In this document: positions 45,799 through 59,000 of the stretch, in pieces | Layout of the letters: each line of letters starts with the position of its first letter | Numbering within the stretch: the first letter of the stretch is position 1 | Source: Takakia lepidozioides | Lineage: Eukaryota > Plantae > Bryophyta | Assembly (NCBI GenBank): GCA_030704615.1 | Contig: CM060733.1 | Coordinates: 65,968,001-66,032,000, forward strand | Length of the DNA: 64,000 nucleotides | Reading direction: 5' to 3' | Made by a program: the position numbers and the translations under genes | Notes under the pieces: generated by a model | Database searches by the model: none | What the model saw: only the letters and a program-made list of their open reading frames with translations | Told to the model about the DNA's origin: nothing

Positions 45799-48700
45799 GC
45801 TGCAGCCAACTCTCTCCGCTTCCTTCTGTCCTCCCTAGCCCTCTCCAAAATCAGCTCTACTTTATTGGGATTCTCACATCGTCTAATCGCTGTCTTTGCA
45901 AGCTTAGCTGCATAACTAGGAAGGGAGTAGTCCTTCACTGGGCTCTTCATGAAGTCCGACCTCGCAAAGAACGGGACATTCTCCCTGGCAAGAAATGTAG
46001 GCACCACTGATTTTGACACAGATCTTGGAATCCTACACATAATATTCACTTCCCCAGACCAATGAGAACCACAATCCGACATTCACGTGAAAGAAAGAAT
46101 GACCCAGAAGGCTTTGCAAACTTACAATGATTCCACTCACTCGTATTCTGGGTTCTCCTCAGCATCAATTTCCTTTGTCTCTTCCTCCGAGTCCGAGGAA
46201 TCCTCCGAGGAGTCAGTGGCTGCGATGGCAGCCTTTGGCGGTAGTCGTTGAAGCCCTTCCAGATGGGATCCCCACGCGGATGTGTCCTCCTCGTAGGCAA
46301 AGACGTGCAGGTCGGAAAACCGGCCAGCCCACATTGAGGCACCTGTGATAATGGCATCCACTCATTATGCACACATGGCCCTTCAGAAATGGAGAATCTG
46401 ACCATAATGAAAATTCACAAAACAACATAGTACCAAAATCTGTATACATGTTCCACACAGATGAGGTCCAGCACTCTGCCCTCCATCTCAGTGCATGCCT
46501 CCAGAATGGTATGGATGAAGGCAGGGCTCCGAGTCTGTGAATATTGCAGGGGATCCATTGAAGTGAGGCTATGAGGGAGGAGTTCCGTGGGAATGTTGTT
46601 GAATAGGACGTCATAATCGATGGGGTCGCAGTTTGGGTCAACCAACAATCCGTCCTTCCGGAAAGCAAAGGTCGAGTTCTCTTTCACAAAGCAGTATGCA
46701 TCGAATTGCTTCGTCTGCAAACACAGTGGAGAACGATCAGAATTCGAATTCAGCACCGCATTTCAAATCAGCTTAAAAAATGCAAGCAGGGTTGCCAATG
46801 TTGTAATTACCATCTTCCCTTCCGAGCGAAGGCCCAATGTGTTGATGCACGTCCACTTCTTCTTCAGAATTGGGATGACACTCTTGCGGGTCCACTTCGT
46901 AATTCTTCCCTTTGTGTTTTTGCCTCTGCTCGCAAGAACAACCACACACCCTCTGTCGTCCAACACCATGAGGCGAGCCCAAATCCTTTTTTCCAAAAGT
47001 CCTCGGAGTACCTGTTCCAAGACGGCACAACATGCAGTCCTTCCACAGGCTCTCCATTCGGAATATCCAAGATGATCATATCGCAAGATTACAAACCCAG
47101 GGGTGTCGAAAAGCTCTTTGGCAGCCGCCTTCTTCAGTGCTCTGCCTTTCAGCCCCTCCATGGACTTGTAGTATGCCAACTTGGCTGCCCGCCCATCCAA
47201 AGCCGCCAGGAAACTCTCATTCACACATTGTACTATTGTTTCTGGCTCCACTTTCGGCCTCTTCTTTTCCACCGCTCGAAAGGGTGCCCCCCTGGGGGGT
47301 TGAAGAGTGCCTTCTTTGTTGAGCCTGTTCTTGTCCCTTTCTGACAATGGTGGCTGCAGGGGATTTAGGCTACGTTTCTCCGGGTGGGCTGGTTGCAAAG
47401 TCTCCATCTTCGCCCTCTTCTTCACCCTCTTCCTGCTCTTTCTGTTTCTGCTTCTTCGTCTTCTTGGGGGTCACAACTGCTGCTCCTTGCTGGCAAGTCC
47501 TCTTCTTCGACCCCTTCTGTTGAGCCTGCACAGCTGCATCCACCATCTTCTGTGCCTTCTCAACTACCTTTCTGGATTCTTCCAGAGCAGCAGTGTCCTT
47601 TGCCTTTTCAGGCCCACCAAGGACACGTCTTTCCCTTCTCTTCTCCTCCGCTTTCGCGTGCAGCTCTTTCTCCGATTCGTCAACAAGTCCGCCAGACATG
47701 TCCAGGTACAGGGGCATCCAGCAAGAGCGAGGCCTACCATTGTTTCTGCATCCCTTGTGTGTAGACACAGCTTGCGCCCGGCACGGTCCAAGCCATGAAA
47801 AACGGGGGCTCTTGCGCCAGGGCCCCTGTCTTAAGTAGCACGTATTTCATATACCTGCAACACAGTGAACATGCGTGAGTACAGGTTTTGAACAATGTAT
47901 TTGCAGAGTGCAACCGAAAACATAAAGTGCGAATGCGGTGCCGCATATCCCAGGCACACCTCATATCCTAGGTTTTGCATACAACGGGAGCTGTGCTTTA
48001 CCTGTACACAATTTGCATTGTTACTTTTCCCGCCCCCTCCTGATGTGTGAACTCCACGCTCCTTCTTGTTGTCTGCAGCTCCCTGACAAAGAGGGAGTCC
48101 TTGTACGCACATCTGAAACGTGTCATGTACTCTTCCAATGTCTGTGTTCCATCCCATTTTACGTACAAGTCGAACGAATTTGTATGGAGTATGACTTGCT
48201 CCTTCGCATTCGTCGTTACCTGCATTTACAACATGCATTGTCACAGAGGCATTCATGGAATTCATGCCAACAAAGGAAATGGGGGGAAATACCTTGAATT
48301 ACCTGGAACCACCAAGTCATGCGGTTGAGCCAGACATCCATGACAGGGTCGGAAACTTCGAGTGGAAAAGACCACATGGTCCTTATACTCTCTGATGCAT
48401 TCCAAATCGACAGCCACCTTGTCTGCCATTTCCGATCCAATGTCAGGAGTAGGAAGTACAGTCGCTATTGCTAAAAAAGAAATTCAATGCAGTGCAACCT
48501 CACCTTCTCTTTCGCCTCCACACATGCCGTTGAGAGGTGATGCAGTTTCTCCAATTGCATGGTTGGCTGCATGGCCCGCAAATAATGTTTTGCAATCTCT
48601 GGGATGAAGTCCTTTCCGAGAGCCGGATCTGCAATGGCCACCAGCTTCACAAGCTTTGACTTGTACTTGGTTCTGGACTTCACCCCGGCTTCCTTCAAGT

Positions 48701-48800
48701 GGTCCGTCAATGCCTGCAATGTTTTGGACTGCCCCTCACTTTCCATGAAGAAGCGTTTGGCATGGGCCAAATCCAGCTTGATGTTTGATTGCAAAGAACA
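45780..48800 (-). pseudogene. ParB-MTase cargo gene, copy 2 (ParB exons not present; middle and MTase exons retained)
   Basis: IADPALG, EKLHHLS, TLEEY...RSVEF, NESFLA, IILDIPNG, WTCINTL, DPNCDP, RSPAFI...EGRVLDLIC|GASMWAGRFSDLHVFAYEED are collinear with copy 1. Confidence 0.75.
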
Positions 48801-48901
48801 ACATGCAGAAGCATTACATACGATCCATGTGGACAGATGACTGGAAATTGGGGAAGGATCAGGCAAGAAAAATGGGAGGACGACTTACTTTGTATACTAC
48901 C

Positions 48902-51607
48902 TGTCGTGCACCTCACTTCGGTAAGCTCCCCCTCAAGTCATAGTTACTCGCTTTGATGCGCGCGCCTGACTCCCAACCTGGCCGCGGGGCCAACTTGGAG
49001 CTTTGGCTGCTCACCGGGGCATAACGGTCCCCCTTTGTTCTCCCAAAGAACCCTCCACCGATTTGGAACCAGCGGAAATTCCCTTTGGTAGTTGGCAGTC
49101 CGGAACAGCTCCCCACTCTTTGGTCGCTTTCCGGCTCGCTCGCTTACTCACTAGTTTTTGGTCACCAACGGGCTTGCACCGTTCTCGGGGTTACTACTCC
49201 TTATATATACTTCTGTAGCTGTCCGCGGGGGTTTCACAACCAGCCATGCCATTTTATGGCGAACCACCATGAAACCCCTCGACTCCCGGTGATGAGTCGC
49301 GGTGAGTCTTGGCCCACTCACCACGGCCCCTATGGACCGTGATGAGTCCCAAGACTCCCCACGACTCCCACCACGAGGTCTCCGCCCCCATGGTGAGTCC
49401 TATGCCACCCCCACTAAGTCCCGCTAAGCTACCACCACCCCTTGTGGAGCCACCCCCGCCACAACCCGGTGTGCGGGGCTCCACCTAGTGAGCGCTTCCG
49501 CATCCTTGAGTGCCTTGGGCACTCAAGGGTGCTTCAGCCCCCCATACCTATCGCTGCCGCTGCCCCCACCACAGGGGCAGCCCCTCATGTGTCCCGACCC
49601 CCTGCCCTCAAGGCAAAGGGCCGCGACACACACCCCTACCAACAGGGAGTCGATGTCCTCATCGACTTGTCCATTTTGTAGAAACGAACATCCAAGTTGT
49701 GGCGTCTCACATCAAGGAGTTTGTTTCCGTACCATGGCGTCCCATGGCAAAGAACCAAACCCCACACTTGACTCTACTCTCCACTAGCTAGTTCGGCCGA
49801 CTTCCTCCAAGTCCCGGCCAAGGGTGGAGCCTCTCAAGCTCCTCCCAGTGCACTCTTCTTGGCCTACTTCAAGGCCAAGGAACGATCCTCCCCGAGAATC
49901 GAATCGCCTTACTGCAACAACATTGCTTGCGACCGCTCATGATGCCGCTTTGGGCATCGCCTTGAGCAAGGGTTCACCTCAAACCCTCTTTGACTAGAAA
50001 GATAACCTTGAACCAACCGCGCGCCCCAATCACTACAATTGGGTCCGCCTTGGAATGCTGGCCTGAGGTACGGGAACACGCCGAAGCCGCACTACGACTT
50101 CGTCCCGAGGCTACACGATTATAGTACGTGAACGGAAGCACGTAGCTTCCGCGTTAGCCCGCACTACAAGGCAACCCCCTCGATAGCGCAGTTATAGTAC
50201 GCGCACGCGCCAGGTGCGCACTAGCACGTGAACTCCCAAAGAAGGCACAAGTTTCCTTGCCCCTTGGATGGGAGTCACCCGATTTCGGCACTGTGCAAAC
50301 ACACGATTAACCCAATTTACCTCTCCCACTTTTATAAGCTAGCATGCATTCTACACACTAGCCAACCATACCATGCATCACCATTCCAAACAAAATAAGA
50401 AGCACAACATTTGAAAACCATTTCATTTAAAGCAAATTTTGTACAATACAAGTTTTTGCAATCGGATTCCTGAGCTAGCTAAGCCGGGCTAAGCATGCAT
50501 TTCCTCCCCCACGCTCCAAGGTTGATATCCCCATCAACGCTTCTTCCGCTTTTGAGGTCGCCCTTCGAAAACTGCAACCGCCTCGGATGCGTTTCCCATT
50601 TCTGAGGCACGCACCCAAGATGCCTCCACATGATGATAGCCCTTCCATTTGACGAGATACTCCGTTTCTCAGTTCTTGAACCTCCTCGACTTAAGTACTG
50701 CCTCCACCTCGTACTCAGGTTCATTTTCATGATCCAACAGCACAGGTGGCGGACGCAACACTTGATGCCGATTCGGACGCGCTTCATCTTTGAAGTAAGG
50801 CTTCAAAAGGGAGACGTGAAATACTGGATGCACCTTGCTGTTTGCCGGCAACTCCAATTCATACACATCCTCATTCATAACCTTCCGGATGCGAAAGGGC
50901 CCCGCATACGGAGGTACGAATTTTGGACTCACTTCCGGAGGTAGTCGGAAATTCTTGATGTTCAACCAGACCTCCGTGCCTGCCTCAAACTTCACTTCCC
51001 TCCGCTTCTGATTCGCCTGCCTTTCATACCGTTTCCTCGCTTTGGCAATGTTGTATTTTGCGAGCTTCAACAAACGCTCGCATTCTTCCAGTTCCGCCGC
51101 TACTGCCGGTTCCTCAACGTCCTGGGCAGCCCAACTTGTCGGCACCAGAGGTGCTTTTCCATAGACCAATACGAAAGGGGAAACTCCTATTGCGGAGTGT
51201 TCTGTGTTATTATAACATAACTCTACCGCGTCTAAGTGTTCCACCCAGTCTGATTGGTCTGCCGACACGTAATTCCGCAAGATCTGCTTCACTACGGAAT
51301 TCACTCTTTCCATTTGGCCGTCGGTCGTAGGTCGGAAGGCGGTGCTCATCTTCAGCCTCGTCCCCATCTTCTTCCAAAGTGTCCTCCAAAATTTACTCGT
51401 AAACTTTGGATCGCGGTCCGAGACAATATCCTTTGGGACTCCATGATGTTTTAAGACGTGGGCGAAGTAAAGTCGCCCTGTCTCTTGCGCCGTTGCCGTC
51501 TCCTTGGTGGGGATGAAATGGCCCATTTTACTGAACCTATCCATCACCACCATGATTGCATCGAATCCTTTTGACAGCGGCATAGCAGTCATGAAATCCA
51601 TCGAGCT
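48902..51607 (-). mobile_element. Truncated chromoviral Ty3/Gypsy: integrase core, chromodomain, PPT and 3' LTR (48902-50168)
   Basis: SMDFMT...IVSDRDPKFTS...DGQMERVN...YAGPF; EYEVEAVL...YLVKWKGY chromodomain; LTR TGTAGTGC...GCACGACA preceded by GAGGGGG. Confidence 0.9.
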
Positions 51608-51932
51608 CGTAGAGTGCAACCGAAACGATAAAGTGCAAATGCGGTGCCGCATTTCCCAGACTAACCTCATAACCCAACTTTTGCATACAACGGGAGCTGG
51701 GCTTCACCTGTACACAATTCGCATTGCAGCTTTTAATCCTGCCCCCTCCTGGTGTGTAAACTCCACGCTCCTTCTTGCTATCTGCAGCTCCCTGGCGAAG
51801 AGGTTGTCCTTGTACACACATCTGAAACGTGTCACGTAGTCTTCCAATGTCTGTGTTCCATTCCATTTGACGTACAAACCGAACGAATCACTATGCATTA
51901 CGACTTGCTCCTTTGCATCCATCATTACCTGC
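51608..51932 (-). pseudogene. Orphan exon and intron piece from a sister ParB-MTase gene
   Basis: Similar but not identical to 47904-48224 (TQTLEDYVTRFRCVYKDNLF); includes one GGAAATGCGG-type palindrome. Confidence 0.85.
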
Positions 51933-54575
51933 ACTCTTAGTATGGCATTGCGAACCCCAGGCGCCATCAACCCACGTAGAGCAAGTGGGAGGATCTGTTG
52001 CATTAGCACGTGATAATCATGTGACTTCAATTGGCTCAACTTTTGTTTGACCACATGTTTTTTGAAAGTAGAGGCATAGCCAGTGGGTACTTTCAGATTC
52101 GTGATAATCTCCAGGAACACCCGCTGCTCTGGTTTTGTGAGCACATATGGCGCATCAGGCATTACCAATGTATCCACTCTGGTGGGATGGCGTCGTAACC
52201 AAAGAGGCTTTCGAATGCCCTGCAATTCCATATCGCGGCGAACTTGCATCGTGTCCTTCTCGCCGAAAATAGTCTTGATTATGTTCTCCGTCACGTTCTT
52301 CTCGCAATGCATGGTATCAAAAGTGTGGCGGATGATAAGATGCTGCACCATGTGGTCTAACAAATTAGGCACATTGCAATGCAGTCATGAATGATGTTTA
52401 CAGCACAGGTTCAGTAAACAAACAATCATGCACAATGAAAAACCAACGCACTATTTTGTTCCCAAAACACATGTGTGGTAATCGCACCTCCCAGTAAGGC
52501 AAGTCAAACAGAATGGACAGTCGTTCTCCTTCAATGGCTGCCACATCCACGGCTGCAACTCCCACCCACAATATCGTTAGCTCCTCCACTAGTGGTTGCA
52601 GGTAAACATCCACATTTTCATTTGTCACAGATTCCTTTCCAGGAATGAGGAGTGTTAACATGACAAAAAATTTCTTCGTTACCAACCATGGAGGTAGATT
52701 ATAATTGAGCACCATGATGGGCCAGGTGGACCAAGAAGTGGATTTGGTGCCATAAGGATTGACCCCATCCAGTGCCAATCCAAGACGCAGATTTCTTGGA
52801 TCTGAAGCAAAATCCGGCCATGTGTTGTCAATATGGCACCAAGCCTTACTGTCTGCAGCATGCCGGACCATGCCATCTGCACTTCTATGATTGTTGTGCC
52901 ACTTCATGAGCTCTGCCAACGTCTTAACTCGAAACATCCGTTTCAATCTAGGTATGAGAGGAAAGTATCGCAACACCTTCTTGGGCACCTTCCCACGGCC
53001 GTCCATGTATCGACGACTATGGCACTTGGGGCAATTAGCAGCCTTTTTGAGGTCTCCACGAAACAATACACATCCACGCTCAAAATCTCCAGCCTCAACA
53101 ATGAAAATAACTCATCCACAAATGCGTTGGTACATCTGTGAGTGGCGCAAGAATTGAGCAACATCAATGTGGCAGTCAATCGGTTGTGAACGCTCCCATT
53201 GTATAAGGGGATTTGGGACTCTCGCATGAGTTTTCCATGGTGAAGATCATTTGGCGCGCCTGCTTCTTCTCCGCCCATATTTTCCCCATCAGGCATTTCA
53301 GAGGGATTTGCGCCATTCTCAACAGCCTCATCATTGTCCAAGTGAACGGCATTTGGGGCAGGTGTGGGATTCTCCCGGAGGGTATCTGATATTTCAAATG
53401 CATCTTACACAGCACGGGCAATCTGGCCCCGTAGCCCATTGCCGTCTTGTCCATCCAAATTGACGTCGTTTGCAACACTCTCTAGGCTACATTCAGCCTC
53501 CACTTTAGAGTTGGATATAATGTAGCCCTGTGAACGCAAATGAAATCATAAATTGGGATACGATGAACAGGCTTTTTTCAAAACTCCCAGATTATGAAAT
53601 TTCATTTAAACACTGTCATGTAAGCAAACACTTTGTAGAATTGCACTAGTTCAATACAGGTGAATGCTACAAGTCTCCCCCGCACTTGCGAATCAGGAGA
53701 CGAAATTGGTCGGCCACAGACTTCATTTCGAAGCAGCTTGTGGAGCTCAGACACAAACACAAATGAAAACTACTCTCATATAATACGGCAAAGTAGGAAC
53801 ACAGTTTTCATCGAAAAACAAAACAAACATACCCTCTATGATAGAGGGAGACATCCCCACATACAGACAGCTATCTGCACAGACCAACAAAGTGAAAGCT
53901 CTCAACAAATATGCCCAAGTGGGCAGTGCGTTGAAGGCATGACACATGGCAACAAACTGCCAAAAGCCCAAAATGCATATTGCCTTCACACATGGCAGTC
54001 AACAACGACCATGTAGTCATGACCCTGACTACATGACTCCAGTACAACCAATGGAAGAACACCACGTAGTTGAAATGTCCATGATCCACGGTCATGAAGT
54101 CATGGACATGACTACTCTGACGCACTACCGACTACATGACTCCATCACTACGACTCCATGACTCCAATACATCCAATGGAAGAACGACACGTAGTTCGGA
54201 CTCCAGTCACTCCCACGACTGTCCAAAATGCGGACATGCGCGGGCGTGCTGCGAGCATGTCAGAGTGCGTGCGTCGTGCAAGGCGTACCGGGACTGTACA
54301 CTGTCGAAGGTTTGGGTCCCTCCCATACTTTGTTAGGTGTTTTTTGGCCATCGGTAGAAACTGCGAGATCCCTCCATGGCATATTTTGCATTTGCACAAT
54401 ATTTTGTGGTGCCCTTGTGCAATGGCATGCGCCTCCTCTAGTCGCCACAGTTTCTCATCTTTCCTGCGCACACGGAGTCGTTGAGCTGTTAGCCGAAACC
54501 CCGCTCTCGTTGTATACATTGTACTTACACAGGGGGTGTGCAAGGGTCTTTGCAGCTGATGTCAGACTGCCATGG
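51933..54575 (-). pseudogene. CACTA TnpD transposase (Transposase_21/DUF4218-like), internally deleted and 3'-truncated
   Basis: ILCKCKIC; VLRYFPLIPRLKRMF; RHAADSKAW; RNLRLGLALDGVNP; YNLPPW; DTMHCEKNV; LKSHDYHVLMQQILP. Confidence 0.92.
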
Positions 54576-56065
54576 TCAGGCCCTCCCCGTGCGGTCCTCT
54601 GACTGCGTATGAGAAGCTAAGGGAGACCTGCATTGCTCGCAACAAAGAGGTTGAGGCGGAGTTGTTTGGTTCGCACCCACTGTGAGTATATTGAGAGGCG
54701 GCTCACCCTAGTGTTGTGGCCTAAATCTCGCAGGAGAGCATTCCACCTCAACCGGAGTGCTCAACTGACCCGAATACTTTAGTTTGGGGTTGTCAGACAT
54801 CGCATTGCAGGGGCTTGTCATTAGGGTTTTTTTTTTAAAAATGTGAGAGGTCTACGGTTTAGCCTGAAATTGCCCGCATCCTTGTCTTTTGGGTTTACGA
54901 GTTTTTCTACATTCCCAGTGTTGGGATTGCATTGCTAAGTACACAGAATGATGGTTGTGAGGCGACGTCTGTCTCCACACTATCATGGCGCACCATGAAG
55001 AGAGCGGGATTGGTTAATTTCTTCATGGGGCGAGGATTGCAGGCTTCTTGCTCCGAAACCAAAGCGTGCTTGCCGTCGACCTCCACTACCCACGGGACCA
55101 CCCAGACGCAGTGGAAGGCTAGAAACAATGGCCGACGAGGCACGACAGTATGTAGACGAAGACGAGGAGGAGGATTTGTTGTGTGTCCCTGCGGGCGAGC
55201 ACACTGGCGATTCTAGCGAAGATATTCTTCGCCACCCAGCTCATGCACCCTCGCTTCCCTAGAAACGCCCGTCGCCGGCAAAATCACCATCTGTAAGCAC
55301 CTCCTCACTATGACGCCACATCTTCAGCATTTCTATGCATTCACATGCTCAGCATACCCATGAAGGAAGCATGCAAATGTACAGAACGTGTCTGAGACTT
55401 TCTTAGCATTCCAGGATGTAAATGCACTTCCCACACAGAAGAGGTTGAAAGGTGGAAGCCACAGAAAATCTGGCAGTGGACGTGGCACAACTTTGAATGC
55501 AATCACATTTGGAAAGTTCTCACTTTGGGAATTTCACATTGGGGAGATGGCATTGCTAGAAAAATTGGGATGTAGGAAGGAAGGGATGCCCGAGCATATA
55601 GGCAGTGAAACCCCACAATGGGATAGGAAATCAACCCCTTTTGCTATATCTTCATCGTGTACATAGTTTGGGTTAAAGTCAAAGGCTCTTACTAAGAGGT
55701 TGATACATAGTGATGTTTCTGTTTACAACTAAAATGCAATGTCCATTCAAATGAGTCCATCTACCCACTGATGCAAGTACTTGTATGCACGCTTTGATAC
55801 AAGCATGCCAATGGTTTTTGAGGTCTCCCCACTAGGTAGGCTTTGGAATTGGCCATGTAGATTTGGCTCAGCCCCCACTTTTCTGAATGGGTAAACAGAA
55901 GTGTGGGGCACCTGATGAGTCTGAGGGGATGAGGACCTGCTCATAGGAGGATGAGTACAATCAAAGCTTTAAAATGGCAGGTGCACGGCGTTAATTTGTT
56001 CTAAGTTGCCATGATTTCATTTGAATGCTTTGATTGACTTTAATGTTTGAATTGGTTTTTATTCT

Positions 56066-59000
56066 GTGCAGGCCAGGAAGAGGCGAGCTTCCATCGAAGG
56101 CGCTGCAGCTGTGGTGGGCAGTCCATCGGGGCGGGGGTTGTTCAAACAAGTCAACCCTGCTACAAACAAGTCCCCAAGCGCAGAACGACCACCTCCACGA
56201 CCTATTCCACAGTACCCTCCGTACACACATTACCCACATGCCTACCCCACCCCCGATCAGTATGGCGCTGCGGGCCCTTACAACCCGCACATCCAATACA
56301 AGCCCCCTCCAGGTGGTTACCCACAGCAGCCATATGCCCATTCTCCTCCACCTATTCCCCCTTACCTCCTAGACCCACATGCTTACCCGGCATCTACACG
56401 TCCACCATACGAACCTTTTGGGCCATACGGTGGGCGATACTGTCCCGCCCCCCATTCCCCATGGCAACCCCCAGCTGCCCCACCACCTGAGGTGGCAAAG
56501 GAAGAGACCCCTATGACCAAGAAGGAGCGAGCTAATGCTTTGAGGCGGGCGAACAGGCGTGCCAGGGCAGAGGCAATCCGAAACCATGATGCGCGAGACG
56601 AAGATGGACTCCCCCCTCAAGTGCTTCCGGTTGACAAAGCTGGAGAGCCCATTGGACCAGCACGCAATACCTGGCATGCAGCCCTCAAAGGCCAGATGTG
56701 GCGTTTGTGTGACATGTCAATGCATATTGCAGCGCAGGATGAATCTGTCATTGAAGAAATATATAGGATTCTAAACTCTACATTTGCGTACACGCCACGT
56801 GGTCTTGACTATGAGCACATGAGGAAGACACTTGGCATTGCCTTGAAAACCAAAGACACGAGATCCATGCAATGTACAAGGCAGGCGAGGGGAGGCCTGC
56901 GCATCTGAAGGAAGCTCATTGGGACAGGCTGGTATCGTATTGGCAGACAGCAGGATTCAACGCAAAAAGTGCCCTCATGAAGGTTGCAAATTCATCAATC
57001 AAGAAGCCTTCAAAAACAGGACGTGGTGGGAAGGCATCTGTTGAGGCTCGGCTTGTAAGTTCACACACCAGCCTTTTTGCCCTCTTTGCCTTGGCTGATT
57101 GTTGTTTATAATGTGAAACAGGCTAAGTCCTGGCAGAAGAGAGTAGAAAAGATTCTCAAGGACCTGGACCTGGATCCGCAAGTATTGACCCAGCTGGATA
57201 AATCTGACTTAGAGGCTGTAGTGTCTGAAGGCATGTCTGTTGCCATCAGATTGTCTGATGAAAATGAAGTTAGGCAGAGAACTTCCCTGAAGTTGTTTCC
57301 AGTCAGTGACATGGGGGTGGACATCTTGGATGACCTCAAGGGTCTACCCACAAGTTGGAAGTAGACTGAAATTTAAACTCAGGGCAGGAAGCCTACCTTT
57401 GAACAACAAACAGAAGCAGAGAGGAAAGGGAGAGTGCAATTGTCCGTAGTGTGGGCAATCTGAAGACAATATTCATTTTCTGATACACTGTCCGGGGTTC
57501 TCTCACCAAAGAGACGTTGTCTTCAATTCAATCAAGGGAATTGTGCCTGTACCCCTGTTTACCAACTTTGAAACTCTCGAGGCTGAGCCAAAAGCCGCGG
57601 CCCTCCTGAGGCCTAGTTTTGGGGCAAATCACACCCAGCAGATTGATGCTTGTGTGAAGGGTTTTCTAGAGGATATCTGGAAAACCCGGATTAAATCTTT
57701 ATATGAAGGTAAGTCTTACTACCAACGTCAACCCCTGACTGAGGTAGGTTCTGTTCCTTTTGTTCCCGCTCAAACTGGGCGTGGGGTCAATGGCCAGAAG
57801 GCTACGGCAAACAACGTCTTATGAGTACAATGTATAATGGGGTGTCCATTTCCCCCATTTTACACCATGTTAGGAGGGAAGTACGAAGTGCCACCAGGCT
57901 TTGTCATTGAATTCTCCAAATTATGTCCCCGGCAATCAGGTTTTTCTTGAAGGGGTGTTGCCTGTGGAGTGAACTAAAGTGTTCATTCACCTTGTCGCAA
58001 GGTGCTTGTAGGCTTTTCTTTAAGGGGGGACCTGCCTTGGAGTACAGATCTGCTATATGGGTTGATAGCTCCAACCAGGCTAAGTCTCTAGAATCCATTC
58101 AAGTGGGGGTGCTTAAGGAGTGTATGTCAGCATGCTCCAAAACAGCCAATGTGGTTGTTCGGGGTGAGTTTGGCATTCCATCCTTAAGCTCCCGACGAGA
58201 TGAATTCAAGGTCAGATGGTGGGGTCAGCTGCAACATATGCCCAACACCAGATATCCTAAGTTGATCGACTCTATATCTTGGAAACAGGACCGCCCTGTC
58301 AAACAGGCTAAGTCCTGGCAGAAGAGAGTAGAAAAGATTCTCAAGGACCTGGACCTGGATCCGCAAGTCTTGACCCTGCTGGATAAATCTGCCTTAGAGG
58401 CTGTAGTGTCTGAAGCCATGTTTGTTGCCATGAGATTGTCTGATGAAATGAAGTTAGGCAGAGAACTTCCCTGAACTTCTTTCTAGTCAGTGACATGGGG
58501 GTGGACATCTTGGATGACCTCAAGGGTCTACCCACTCTCGGCACTAGACTGAAATTTAAACTCAGGGCAGGAAGCAAGCCTACCTTTGAACAGCAAACAG
58601 AAGCAGAGAGGAAAGGGAGAGTGCAATTGTCCGTTGTGTGGGCAATCTGAAGACAGTATTCATTTTCTGATACACTGTCCGGGGTTCTCTCACCAAAGAG
58701 ACGCTGTCTTCAATTCAATCAAGGGAATTGTGCCTGTACCCCTGTTCACCAACTTTGAAAGTTGAGAGGCTGAGCCAAAAGCCCAGGCCTTCCTGAGGCC
58801 TAGTTTTTGGGCAAATCACACACAGCAGATTGATGCTTGTGTGAAGGGTTTTCTAGAGGATATCTGGAAAACCCGGATTATTGGATTACTAGAAAACCCG
58901 GATTACCCGAACCTGGCAAAGTTGTGAAGTGGGTGGGGTCCTCATTTTACATACCAATCTGTAAGTGTGGATAGAGGAGGGTCTGATCAGAGTTGTCGTG

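Larger units (their letters stand above)
41932..48901 (-). mobile_element. MULE-clan element fragment: terminus, two RWNCC genes, palindrome array, ParB-MTase gene copy 2
   Basis: Starts CGGGGGGCTGCTATTTCATG plus (CATGAG)n, the reverse complement of the 2541/3216 ends; the cargo gene points toward the terminus as in the other copies. Confidence 0.72.

Noticed and set aside
45780-48800. MTase copy 2 as cargo of the CACTA element
   Set aside because: It lies next to a MULE-clan terminus at 41932 in the same arrangement as the other copies; the CACTA TIR at 62702 instead interrupts this gene family.
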